Shown piece after piece: positions 12,367 through 32,049 of a DNA stretch of 64,000 nt; within the stretch, counting starts at the first letter, position 1; each line of letters opens with the position of its first letter. Where the stretch lies: NCBI GenBank assembly GCA_002269645.1, contig NIVC01000264.1:310001-374000 (forward strand), given 5' to 3'. Origin of the DNA: Macrostomum lignano (taxonomy: Eukaryota). Position numbers and translations under genes: made by a program. The notes under the pieces are model-generated. The model did not search any database, had not been told where the DNA came from, and worked only from the letters and a program-made list of their open reading frames with translations.

Positions 12367-15300
12367 TCAGCGAGAGATGATCAGGGAGGGAAAGAAGTCA
12401 AACGAGCAGATTGAGGCGGAGCTCTCTGCCTGATTAAGCGCGTGCTTGAATTTCTAATTACGATTATCCCCTCCCGAGGGTGTAATTTCCGAATTCGCGC
12501 ATAGCCATGAAAGGAAGGTGAGGGCGCTAGAGCCTCTCAGCATTAGTATGGGCATATGTGCACATATGTTGATGAGATTTGGGTTTAAGAACAGCTTTTA
12601 TTCTTGAGTCTTAATAACAGATAAAATCGAGTTTTCTAGCTACTAAAAGCAATGCTAAGATAGCTCGTATAACTTAAAAGAGTAAAAAAAATCAAGTACG
12701 TTAACCATGCATATATTGTGGTACAGTAATCTGCATATATGTACACCATGCATATATATTAGCTGCAGTAATCATAACCATGCATATATATTAGCTCCAG
12801 TAATCATTATCATGCATATATATTAGCTGCAGTAATCATAACCATGCATATATATTAGCTCCAGTAATCATTATCATGAATATATATTAGCTGCAGTAAT
12901 CATAACTATGCATATATATTAGCTCCAGTAATCATTACCATGCATATATTGTGGTACAGTAATCTGCATATATGTACACCATGCATATATATTAGCTGCA
13001 GTAATCATAACCATGCATATATATTAGCTGCTGCAGTAATCATAACCATGCATATATATTAGCTACATTAATCATAACCATGCATATATATTAGCTGTAG
13101 TAATCATAACCATGCAAATATATTAGCTACAGTAATCATTACCATGCATATATATTAGCTGCTGCAGTAATCATAACCATGCATATATATTAGCTGCAGT
13201 AATCATAACCATGCATATATATTAGCTGCAGTAATCATAACCATGCATATATATTAGCTGCTGCAGTAATCATAACCATGCATATATATTAGCTGCAGTA
13301 ATCATAACCATGCATATATATATTAGCTGCAGTAATCATTACCATGCATATATATTAGCTGCAGTAATCATAACCATGCATATATATTAGCTGCAGTAAT
13401 CATAACCATGCATATATATATTAGCTGCAGTAATCATTACCATGCATATATATTAGCTGCAGTAATCATAACCATGCATATATATTAGCTGCAGTAATCA
13501 TTACCATGCATATATATTAGCTGCAGTAATCATTACCATGCATATATATTAGCTGCAGTAATCATTACCATGCATATATATTAGCTGCAGTAATCATTAC
13601 CATGCATATATATTAGCTGCAGTAATCATTACCATGCATATATATTAGCTGCAGTAATCATTACCATGCATATATATTAGCTGCAGTAATCATTACCATG
13701 CATATATATTAGCTGCAGTAATCATTACCATGCATATATATTAGCTGCAGTAATCATTACCATGCATATATATTAGCTGCAGTAATCATTACCATGCATA
13801 TATATTAGCTGCTGCAGTAATCATTACCTGACAAGCGCACCGCAGCATTCAACTCCGGCTCCATCAGCAGGCGGTCCCCAGTGAGGCCGCTTCTGCGCAT
13901 CTCCTCAGAGCGCAGGTGGCACCAGAACAGGCCGATGATTGACATGTGCACGCTGACCACTGCGTCTGCGTCTTCGAATGTTGACTGCGGCTCCTGGATG
14001 CCCAGGACTGCGGGGGTTTTGGGGGATGGGCGATTGGATAAAGGATTGCTTTCCTACCTCATCTATCCTACCCCATCTATCCTACTCCCATCTATCCTAC
14101 CCCATCTATCCTACCCCCATCTATCCTACCCCCATCTATCCTACCCCCATCTATCCTACCCATCTATCCTACCCCATCTATCCTACCCGATCTATCCTAC
14201 CCCCATCTATCCTACCCCCATCTATCCTACCCCATCTATCCTACCTCATCTATCCTACCCCATCTATCCTACCCCCATCTATCCTACCCCCATCTATCCT
14301 ACCCCATCTATCCTACCCCCATCTATCCTACCCCCATCTATCCTACCCCCATCTATCCTACCCGATCTATCCTACCCCATCTATCCTACCCGATCTATCC
14401 TACCCCATCTATCCTACCCGATCTATCCTACCCCATCTATCCTACCCCATCTATCCTACCCCCATCTATCCTACCCCATCTATCCTACCCCATCTATCCT
14501 ACCTCATCTATCCTACCCCATCTATCCTACCCCCATCTATCCTACCCCATCTATCCTACCCCATCTATCCTACCCGATCTATCCTACCCCATCTATCCTA
14601 CCCGATCTATCCTACCCCATCTATCCTACCCCATCTATCCTACCCCATCTATCCTACCCCATCTATCCTACCCCCATCTATCCTACCCGATCTATCCTAC
14701 CCCCATCTATCCTACCCGATCTATCCTACCCCATCTATCCTACCCGATCTATCCTACCCCATCTATCCTACCCCATCTATCCTACCCCATCTATCCTACC
14801 CCCATCTATCCTACCCCCATCTATCCTACCCCCATCTATCCTACCCGATCTATCCTACCCGATCTATCCTACCCGATCTATCCTACCCCATCTATCCTAC
14901 CCCATCTATCCTACCCGATCTATCCTACCCCATCTATCCTACCCCATCTATCCTACCCCATCTATCCTACCCCCATCTATCCTACCCCCATCTATCCTAC
15001 CCCCATCTATCCTACCCGATCTATCCTACCCCATCTATCCTACCCCATCTATCCTACCCAATCTATCCTACCCGATCTATCCTACCCGATCTATCCTACC
15101 CAATCTATCCTACCCGATCTATCCTACCCGATCTATCCTACCCATCTATCCTACCCCTCTAGGAGAGCTGTGGCCACCCTGGCGTGACATCGTTCTGCAA
15201 CCAGCACCGGATGCAATTTTGCCCATTTCGCTGACTCCCGAGAACATACAAGCGCGCCAATACTGTAATCATACACATGCTCACACATGGTGTACGGAGG

Positions 15301-18300
15301 CCCTGACTCTCGAATCTTTAGGCATGTACACTCTCTGTAGCTTGGGGGCTGGCCCTCATGGCTGTGAATCGCACAACCCCCCCCCTCCCCGGCCAATTTT
15401 CGTGCACACCAGCCGCAAATGAAAGTCAGACAAAGTAAGCATCTCAGCTCACAGGGCGATGTCAAGCACAGTGCGGACATAAACGCCAGCTCCGCTTCCG
15501 TGATCCGAAGCGCATCCCACTCCGCCGACACATTGTTCAGCAGGCCCAGGAACAGGTTGCGAAGCAGAGGGTGGCTCGAATACTGCAGAAAGCCCCTGTG
15601 AAAGTGAGACGGGTATTGAGGTAGGTGTACAGTTAAAAAAACTGAGTCACGTGATGTCTGAGGAGGGTTGGAGTTAAAAGTACATTCAAAGGGACACTAT
15701 GAGTCACGGGATATCTAGCAAAAAGCAGCATGCCGATGTACACTAATGCTGGACTTTACAGTGTCCTGGTATAGCTGAAAGGGATCCCGGGGTCACGTGA
15801 TGCCCGGGTACAATAAAGCAGTGCTCAACGGCCAAGCCAACCTTGACAGCCGGTAGGAGCCGCACGGATCGAGTACGCAGTCGTCGGATCTCCTGACTAG
15901 CGAGGCGCAGCAGTGCATAGCGATGACGCGCGGACTGTGACGAGTCAGCAGCTCGCGCTTATCAGCCAGCGTCAGCGCCTCGGCGCAGCTGACGGTTACA
16001 GAGTGGTCGGCGCAAGTGTTCGCAGCTGACGCGGAGCTGCCACCGAAAATGCAGGTGCTGAAGGCGAGCACCCGTGACAACAGGCGAGGCGTGATGGCAG
16101 CGAGGCTGGCTAGAATCTCCGGCTCCTGATACCACTGCGGTTCGGGCAGCTGCTGTAGAATGTGTGAAGTTATTCATATATACAGTGTGCTCTCTGTCAT
16201 GCATCATGTGTGTACCTATAGTGTAGTAAGTCTGCCATGAGCATCTGTAAGTATTTTTAGCAACGGTGCGTCACATGATTATTAAGGGCACGGGGGAGTG
16301 GGGTGGTGGGGTTTTACACAACTGTCTAGAGCATGGAGGAATGGGGTAGTGGGGTTTTAAACAACTGTCTAGAGCATGGAGGAATGGGGTGGTGGGGGTT
16401 TTACAACAGTCTAGAGCATGGAGGAATGGGGTGGTGTGCTTTTACACAACTGTCTAGGGTATGGAGGAATGGGGTGGTGGGGTTTTACCAAACTGTCTAG
16501 GGCATGTAGGAATGGGGTGGTGAGGTTTTACACAACTGTCTAGAGCATGGAGGAATGGGGTGGTGGGGTTTAAACGACTGTCTAGGGCACGAGTGAATGG
16601 TAATGAGGTGTCAAATTATTTTATTAGGGTGGTGGGGTGATGGACGTAACGTGTTTCAAATGACTATTTTAGGACACAGGCGAGGGGTGGTGGGGCATCT
16701 AAGACTTTTTAAAATAAAAGCAGACTAATGTAGCTGTGGTTGAATGGAGCGAACAGATGAGTGGAAGTCGATTTCACGCAATTCTATCAAATGATGGTGA
16801 CGGTTTCGGCTTTTTTAAAAAATCTAATTAAATCTAAAAACGGGTTTTATTATTTTTTAAATCGCTTTTCATCAAAAAATCCCAAAAACTTGAACGAATA
16901 AACAAAGCCAATTTTGAGCGAGGAGAAATTACCATCTTTAGACTGCCCTAATTTTTGGCAGTGGAAACGTGACGTCAAGAAAGAAGGCTCGGCGAAGTCA
17001 AATTGAAACAAAATTACTGGAGACCAGCTCAACTTGAAATTTTCCAAATATTTTTTCTCAACCCCCTACAAATAAAACACAGGAAATGCGAGCTATCCTA
17101 CTTGTAAGTAGACTAAATGTATGCGATGCTAAATTTTATAACGGAGGATCAATAATCCATTGTTTGGCCTTCCCATGTAACAAGAATTTATTGACCTTGA
17201 ATAGCGGAGTCAACACAGCGGAGGCAACCAAGTGCAGTGGCGGCACGCTAACAGGCATGAATCATCAGTCGTTGTGAGTTGCTAGGGTTGAAAGTTAGAA
17301 TTCCTTTTTTATACACTTTGTGTTTCTTAGAAAAATAGAAGGCCGGCTGTTAGCGTGCAAAAACAAAGCGATGGTTCTTTCTTTCAGCAGAAGCAGATAA
17401 AGCGTTACTTCTAAAACCTATGGCGTGAAGCCAGCCTTCAGAGATTTTCTAAGACCGCTCACCGACACGATGGTCTGGTGGTCGGCGGCACTCAGCCTCG
17501 GCAGCGGCCGGCAGCGCCAGTGGCAGCGCAGCAGCAGGCTGGCATCGTCGGTCAGCGCCGCGGTGGCCGAGGCCGCAGCTGCCGAGAACCCGCCATTGCC
17601 GGCGGCCGCCAGATTGAAGTCGGCCTCCCAGGCGGCCGAGAACTCGTCCACAGTTGACAGGACGAGCTGCGTGGCCGGCAGGCAGCCGGCGGTTTCGGTG
17701 GTCAGGCGGTCGGCCAGAGGGCCGGCCAGGCGCAGCAGCAGCTGCTGGGAGAGGCTGCAGACAGCCGGCGGGTCCCACAGCAGGCAGCCCGGACGGCGGG
17801 ACTTTTTAGGCGGCGCTCGCGACTGGCGCAGCTGCAGAATTCGTCGGTGCCGGCTGAAGAGCCGCACGCTGGCCTGCCGCTGCTGTTTCTGTTGCTGCGG
17901 CGGCGGTGGCGGTGGCGGCGGCGGCGGCATTGGCAACGGCGGCGGCGGCAGCGGCGGCAGCGGCAGCGGGGACGGCGGCAGAGTCGACGGAATCAGGGGA
18001 GGAGGGGGCGGATTGGCTGCTGCTGCCGCCGCTGCCTTGTCCGCCCGGCGGTAGCAGCTCCGCTTGATACGGATGGTCTCGAAGTCGTGCCGCGCCTGTA
18101 CGAGGTAGGCCAGCAGCTGCTGGTCGCCGATGCCCGCCGCCTCAATTCGGCCAGTCGATTTGGCGGTGGCGGCCGCCGAGTCGCAGCGCTTCGACCGGCG
18201 CCCAAGCTTGGAGCGGCGTCGGCCCATATTGACCGCGCAGCACTTCTTCAGGCGGCACCACTGGCAGGCGTTGCGGGTGGCCGGCGAGATCGCCAGTGGC

Positions 18301-19013
18301 GCCTCCGAGTGGCCGCAGGGCGCCCCGGCGTACCCGGAGACCACCACGCGGCGGAAGAAGCCCTGGGGGCGGGAGCGGAATGCCGAGGATCCTGCCTGAG
18401 ACCAGTCCGCTGTGTCTCCGTCTATGGGTTGTCCTCTTTGCTCTCTCCCTCTCATTCCCCTCTCCCTCTCCTTCCTCTCTCTCTCCTTCTCCTCTCCCTC
18501 TCCTTCCCCTCCCCCTCTTCTTCCCTCTCCCTCTCCTTATTCCTCTCCCTCTCCTTCCCCTCTCCCTCTCCTTCTTCCTCTCTCCCTCTTCTTCCTCTCT
18601 TCTTCCTCTCTTAATCTCCCTCTCACTCTCCCTATGACTCTCCCTCTCATTCTCCATCTCACTCTCCCTAAGACTCTCTCTCTCATTCTCCCTAAGACTC
18701 TCCCTAAGAATCTCCTTCTCACTCTCCCTCTCACCTTGCAGCCCTCACAGGCGGGCACACCGTAGTGAACCCCGCTGGCGGTGTCACTGCAGACGGCGCA
18801 GATCTCGACAGCTCGAGTTGCCGCAGAGTCGGTATTGAGCTGCTGCTGCTGGGGCTGCTGAGTTTGCGGCAGATGATGAGACAGAGGAGATGCTGGAGCC
18901 GATGCAGAAGAGATCAGGCTGTTATCGTCAGGCAAATCCAGGATAGCAAGCAGCTCGCTTGATGCGCTGTCGCAGCCGGAGTTGCTGCTGATGCAGGCAT
19001 CCGAGCTGGTCAT
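12367..19013 (-). CDS. Nuclear receptor, NR1 subfamily-like (E75/E78/HR3/ROR/Rev-erb neighbourhood), about 620 aa
   Basis: Exons 19013-18735, 18362-17463, 16152-15842, 15595-15453, 14007-13828 all have GT-AG boundaries and consistent phases (0,0,2,1,1). DBD is CAVCSDTASGVHYGVPACEGCK|GFFRR (P-box EGCKG) then CQWCRLKKC. LBD motifs include LTLADKRELL and ITEAELAFMSALCLTSP. The terminal exon is uncertain (12425-12367 or 12429-12398). Confidence 0.88.
12704..13827. repeat. 32-bp minisatellite in nuclear receptor intron 5
   Basis: Minus-strand unit GTAATGATTACTGCAGCTAATATATATGCATG, about 35 copies. The first copy starts at the donor GT (13827). Confidence 0.95.
14050..15158. repeat. 14-15 bp minisatellite (ATCTATCCTACCCC) in nuclear receptor intron 4
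   Basis: Direct tandem units; source of the PSILPHLSYP ORFs. Confidence 0.95.
16310..16590. repeat. About 43-bp minisatellite in nuclear receptor intron 2
   Basis: About 6 diverged units, ACAACTGTCTAGAGCATGGAGGAATGGGGTGGTGGGGTTT. Confidence 0.85.
18440..18733. repeat. CT-rich low-complexity tract filling nuclear receptor intron 1
   Basis: Degenerate CTCTCCCT repeats between the two DBD exons. Confidence 0.85.
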
Positions 19014-20389
19014 TCCTTTGAGCAGGAAGTGTATCCCGAATCGGCCAATTTCTGTCAGGCAGATGCGTATAAGTGAGCACAGATCTTAGGAAGCGGCAAG
19101 AATCGAGGTTGTACCGAAGAGTCTGGGGCAGCTATATGGAGAGAGAGAGAGAGAGTAAAAGTACACATAAGTAGGAGAGGCCCTGCGCGACGGACGGATA
19201 AACTAGTTTAAACCGACTGCTCCGCACAGAGGCAGGGGGAAGGGGAAGGGGAGGGACGAGATCCGTGGCAAGGACTTCTAAATTTAGCATCAATCGGATT
19301 GGAAACTCGCCCAAACAACAAAGTACTCGTAGCTGACCTCTTACGTTCCTTCTATCACAGACCCCAAATTATGGAATATGAATAGCGCTTGGACAAAAAT
19401 GCAAGCATATTAATACATGCACTCACATATCACGCAGGAAGTCAGACTCAAAGATATGGAATAAATAATAAAAATGTAAAATAATAACAATCCTTACCCA
19501 GAATGCAGAGCTGGTATTGCTAAACAAATAGTTACGCAAATCAATAGCAGGGCTAAACGATGCTTGAGCTGGAGTCTTTCTGAGACACAAACTCAATTTC
19601 TGATTGTTGTGTCTGTGGGGGGGGACTCAGACTAGCGGAACGGGAGCACATCCTTGACATATAAGCCTCTGCCACGGTCCAATGCCTGGCTTGCCAACCC
19701 AACCAACCAGCAGACTGCGGCCTACACCCAAGTCTGCAGTGAGCCAGTTTGCGCCGGATCAGACCAACCTGGTTTCCCTTCCCTTCTCCCCAGCAACCAC
19801 ACCCACCTCCCACACAGAAGCCTGTCTTCCACTAAGCCCCCCCCCCCAAACTCCAGCGCTTGTGACCTTAGAACTCTTCTCTGTCGCGTGCAAATTTCGT
19901 ACTATTTCTATGCCAGAACTGCCAGCTGTTGACTGCGGCAAAATATGAGTATGGTGCCTATTTTAATTGGTTTTCAACAACAAATAATCCATTACAAATA
20001 TAGCCAAAAAGGCAGTTTAGACGCGGCTTTATCCACCAAGCTAAAAGCAGAAAAATTTAGTGGGATTTTTTTGTGCTCCACTGCACTGCACGCCAGCCAG
20101 TATTGGCACTCAACAGTCAAACAGAGGGTAACGAAATCTGTCGTTTTGAGGAGGAGTGCATACATTCCAAAGGCATTGAACTCTGGCCATCTGAGAGTCG
20201 CTTATAAAACAAGCGTGGGCAATCGAGAGGAATTTGCAGTGTTATTATCGACCCGGTTGGGGGGTCTGCCAGACCTTGCAGCTGAGCTCTACTGCTCGCA
20301 GCACGACTCATATTATATTTTGCACAGTGAACTCAGTTGTTCCACCACTAGCGAATAACAGAACTGCGACTCGGGCAAATGGGTACAGA

Positions 20390-20880
<491 letters not shown>

Positions 20881-21373
20881 TAAGACAGACACAGACACCC
20901 AGCAAAGGAGACAAATAATGCAAGGCCTGAACGCTAACACGAAACGGTTGAATAATAAAAACAGCAAATTCATGCAGACTAAAACTGAAGAAAAGCGAAG
21001 CCCCAGACCAACCTGGGCACTTCAAACTGCACAGTTCGGACATTTATTTGAATAAAAAGCCACAGACTAAAAACCTTGCAACGTTAATAAAATGAACACA
21101 GCAAAATACCGAGAGATAGAAGTTATAATAAATTCTATTTAAAAAATATGGCAATGGCATGATGTAACAAAAGCAGAGGCCAAGCCTGACTAGCGGCTGA
21201 ATAGGCTGGCGAGCACTGTTAGCCTATTATGCTAATAAAAACACTAAATATCATACGAGCTGGCAAAAATAGCAGCAACAGCTGTTGAAAAGACGAAAGC
21301 TAAAATAATAAAAAACATGACTTTATAAGACTGGAAACACAGATTAGAGGCATTGAAGATGCTGGAAGAGAGT

Positions 21374-21375
<2 letters not shown>

Positions 21376-21472
<97 letters not shown>

Positions 21473-21790
21473 CGAGAGAGCGAGAGAGCGAGAGAGCGAG
21501 AGAGAGAGAGAGATAGGGAGAGAGTGAGATAGGGAGAGAGTGAGATAGGGAGAGAGTGAGATAGGGACAGAGTGAGATAGGGAGAGAGTGAGATAGGGAC
21601 AGAGTGAGATAGGGAGAGAGTGAGATAGGGACAGAGTGAGATAGGGACAGAGTGAGATAGGGAGAGAGTGAGATAGGGACAGAGTGAGATGGGGAGAGAG
21701 TGAGATAGGGAGAGAGTGAGATAGCGAGAGAGATAGAAAGTTAGATAGGGAGAGAATGAGGTAGACAGAGTGAGACGGTGAGACTGGAGA
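21376..21790. repeat. (GA)n microsatellite grading into a 16-bp unit (GATAGGGAGAGAGTGA)
   Basis: Direct inspection. Confidence 0.92.
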
Positions 21791-22129
21791 GAGCTCCAGC
21801 ACATACGAGAACCTGCGCCCCAGACAACATGCACAATATGTGCTATTACTACAAAAGAATGACTTATGACAATAGAAGCTCACAAAAAGTATTTAGAAAA
21901 TGAATCGAATAACAATATAAATATCGTGTACAATAAAACTCGAGAAGCGTGTTGTTAATATTGCAAAAATGCTTAGTAAACATGACTAAATATAGCAAAC
22001 AAAAAACTCACGCCAGGCCAGAAAGAATCGACAGTCATTTATACGGCATGCAAGCAAGCGAGGAGGATATGGAGAAAAATGGTATAAATTTATGATGAGA
22101 TTTCAAAACGTCCCCAGCTAACTGTCTCT

Positions 22130-22800
22130 AACAGCTCCTCAGCAGCCACTTAGCAGCCACTCATCCACTCAGCATCCACTCAGCAGCTACTCAGCAGCCA
22201 CCCAGCAGCTACTCAGCAGCCACTCAGCAGCTACTCAGCAGCCACTCAGCAGCCACTCAGCAGTCACTCAGCAGCTACTCAGCAGCCACTCATCCACTCA
22301 GCATCCACTCAGCAGCTAGTTAGCATCCACTCAGCAGCTACTCAGCAGCCACTCAGCAGCCACTCAGCAGCCACTCAGCAGCTACTCAGCAGCCACTCAG
22401 CAGTCACTCAGCAGTCACTCAGCAGTCACTCAGCAGTCACTCAGCAGTCACTCAGCAGTCACTCAGCAGCTACTCAGCAGCCACTCATCCACTCAGCATC
22501 CACTCAGCAGCTAGTTAGCATCCACTCAGCAGCTACTCAGCAGCCACTCAGCAGCTACTCAGCAGCCACTCAGCAGCTACTCAGCAGCCACTCAGCAGCT
22601 ACTCAGCATCCACTCAGCAGCTAGTTAGCATCCACTCAGCAGCTACTCAGCAGTCACTCAGCAGTCACTCAGCAGCTACTCAGCAGCCACTCATCCACTC
22701 AGCATCCACTCAGCAGCTAGTTAGCAGCCACTCAGCAGCTACTCAGCAGCCACTCAGCAGTCACTCAGCAGCTCCTCAGCAGCCACTCAGCAGCTCCTCA
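22130..22800. repeat. 11-bp minisatellite (CAGCAGCCACT)
   Basis: About 60 variant units. Confidence 0.93.
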
Positions 22801-23509
22801 GGTGTCGCAGCAGCGGCTTCTCGGATTGGCGGACCAGCGGCGACGACGATCAACTGCGGGATGGAGAGGGGGGAAAGGGATGAAGGAGAATGGGGACTTG
22901 TGGGGGGGAAGGCAGCTGGGAGGCAAAAAAGTCAAATGCAGCCAGGTGAGACAAGAACAGCTAATTTGAGCGCTTGGACTGCATGGCAGCAAAGCTAATA
23001 AACAACAATGGGCCTAAATTTAAAGACTGATGGCTAATGTAGAATAGCAAATGACACCCGAAGGACAATTAGAGGCGCAGAAGCTGCGGATTCCCAAACC
23101 CACGTGACAAAATATGGTAAGCACCCAGTGTGAGCGTGTGTCCGAGCGTATGAGAACGTGCCTGAGTACGGTATTGGCGCTCACGACTTCTGACAATAAT
23201 TTTGAGCCTGTCAAGGTTTGAGCATCTGAAAGCCCTCCCATAATAGTTAGTTACAAAGGAGATTAGAAGCCTGAGAACTGCTATATGAATAGCAGAGTGT
23301 TCGGTTCGGGTTAAACGCAAGCAAACTTCAAGCGCAGGTTAAAATTTTAAACGGCATGCCACCTTTTATTCTAGGCATGAAGAGGCCAGTTCACGCGTCG
23401 AGTCACCGGTGAGTCGAAGAAGCTGAGTAGCAGAAACTGCTCTCGCCCCTGCGGCAGCAATCAGCAGCTGGCGGATGCTTTTAGTAAATTAGAAAAGCAG
23501 GAAAGACTC

Positions 23510-24860
23510 GGACACACTACTAGGGATCTAGTCTCAGACTCGGACCCACTACTAGGGATCTAGTCTCAGACTCGGACCCACTACTAGGGATCTAGTCTCA
23601 GGCTCGGACCACTACTAGGGATCTAGTCTCAGGCTCGGACCCACTACTAGGGATCTAGTCTCAGGCTCGGACCCACTACTAGGGATCTAGTCTCAGGCTC
23701 GGACCCACTACTAGGGATCTAGTCTCAGGCTCGGACCCACTACTAGGGATCTAGACTTGGACTCGGACTCAATACTAGGGATCTAGTCTCAGGCTCGGAC
23801 CCACTACTAGGGATCTAGTCTCAGGCTCGGACCCACTACTAGGGATCTAGTCTCAGGCTCGGACCCACTACTAGGGATCTAGTCTCAGGCTCGGACCCAC
23901 TACTAGGGATCTAGTCTCAGGCTCGGACCCACTACTAGGGATCTAGTCTCAGGCTCGGACCCACTACTAGGGATCTAGTCTCAGGCTCGGACCCACTACT
24001 AGGGATCTAGTCTCAGGCTCGGACCCACTACTAGGGATCTAGTCTCAGGCTCGGACCCACTACTAGGGATCTAGTCTCAGGCTCGGACCCACTACTAGGG
24101 ATCTAGTCTCAGGCTCGGACCCACTACTAGGGATCTAGACTTGGACTCGGACTCAATACTAGGGATCTAGTCTCAGGCTCGGACCCACTACTAGGGATCT
24201 AGTCTCAGGCTCGGACCCACTACTAGGGATCTAGTCTCAGGCTCGGACCCACTACTAGGGATCTAGTCTCAGGCTCGGACCCACTACTAGGGATCTAGTC
24301 TCAGGCTCGGACCCACTACTAGGGATCTAGTCTCAGGCTCGGACCCACTACTAGGGATCTAGTCTCAGGCTCGGACCCACTACTAGGGATCTAGTCTCAG
24401 GCTCGGACCCACTACTAGGGATCTAGTCTCAGGCTCGGACCCACTACTAGGGATCTAGTCTCAGGCTCGGACCCACTACTAGGGATCTAGTCTCAGGCTC
24501 GGACCCACTACTAGGGATCTAGACTTGGACTCGGACTCAATACTAGGGATCTAGTCTCAGGCTCGGACCCACTACTAGGGATCTAGTCTCAGACTCGGAC
24601 CCACTACTAGGGATATAGTCTCAGACTCGGACTCAATACTAGGGATCTAGACTTGGACTCGGACTCAATACTAGGGATCTAGTCTCAGGCTCGGACCCAC
24701 TACTAGGGATCTAGTCTCAGACTCGGACCCACTACTAGGGATATAGTCTCAGACTCGGACTCAATACTAGGGATCTAGACTTGGACTCGGACTCAATACT
24801 AGGGATCTAGACTCGGACTTGGACTCAATACTAGGGATCTAGAATCGGACTTGGACTAAG
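23510..24860. repeat. 32-bp minisatellite (CTACTAGGGATCTAGTCTCAGGCTCGGACCCA) downstream of AMPD
   Basis: About 42 highly homogeneous units with a recurrent variant (GACTTGGACTCGGACTCAAT). Confidence 0.96.
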
Positions 24861-24948
24861 AATGGAATGCGTGAGAGAGGCAGAGAGTCAGGCAAGGAGT
24901 AGGAAACGGGCCAAGCGCCACTGCACACGACACAGGCTGGTGGAAATG

Positions 24949-31949
<7,001 letters not shown>

Positions 31950-32049
31950 CTGAGGCTGAAGAAAGTTTTTCCCATAGCAACTGATGCGTTTGGTATTCGC
32001 TTCGATATTGTCAGCTCTTGGGATTTAAGACAAGGGATTGGGACTTGGG

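Noticed and set aside
23510-24860. CRISPR-like appearance of 32-bp repeats (also the 44-, 51- and 57-bp arrays)
   Set aside because: Units are directly adjacent with no unique spacers, there are no cas genes, and the context is eukaryotic.
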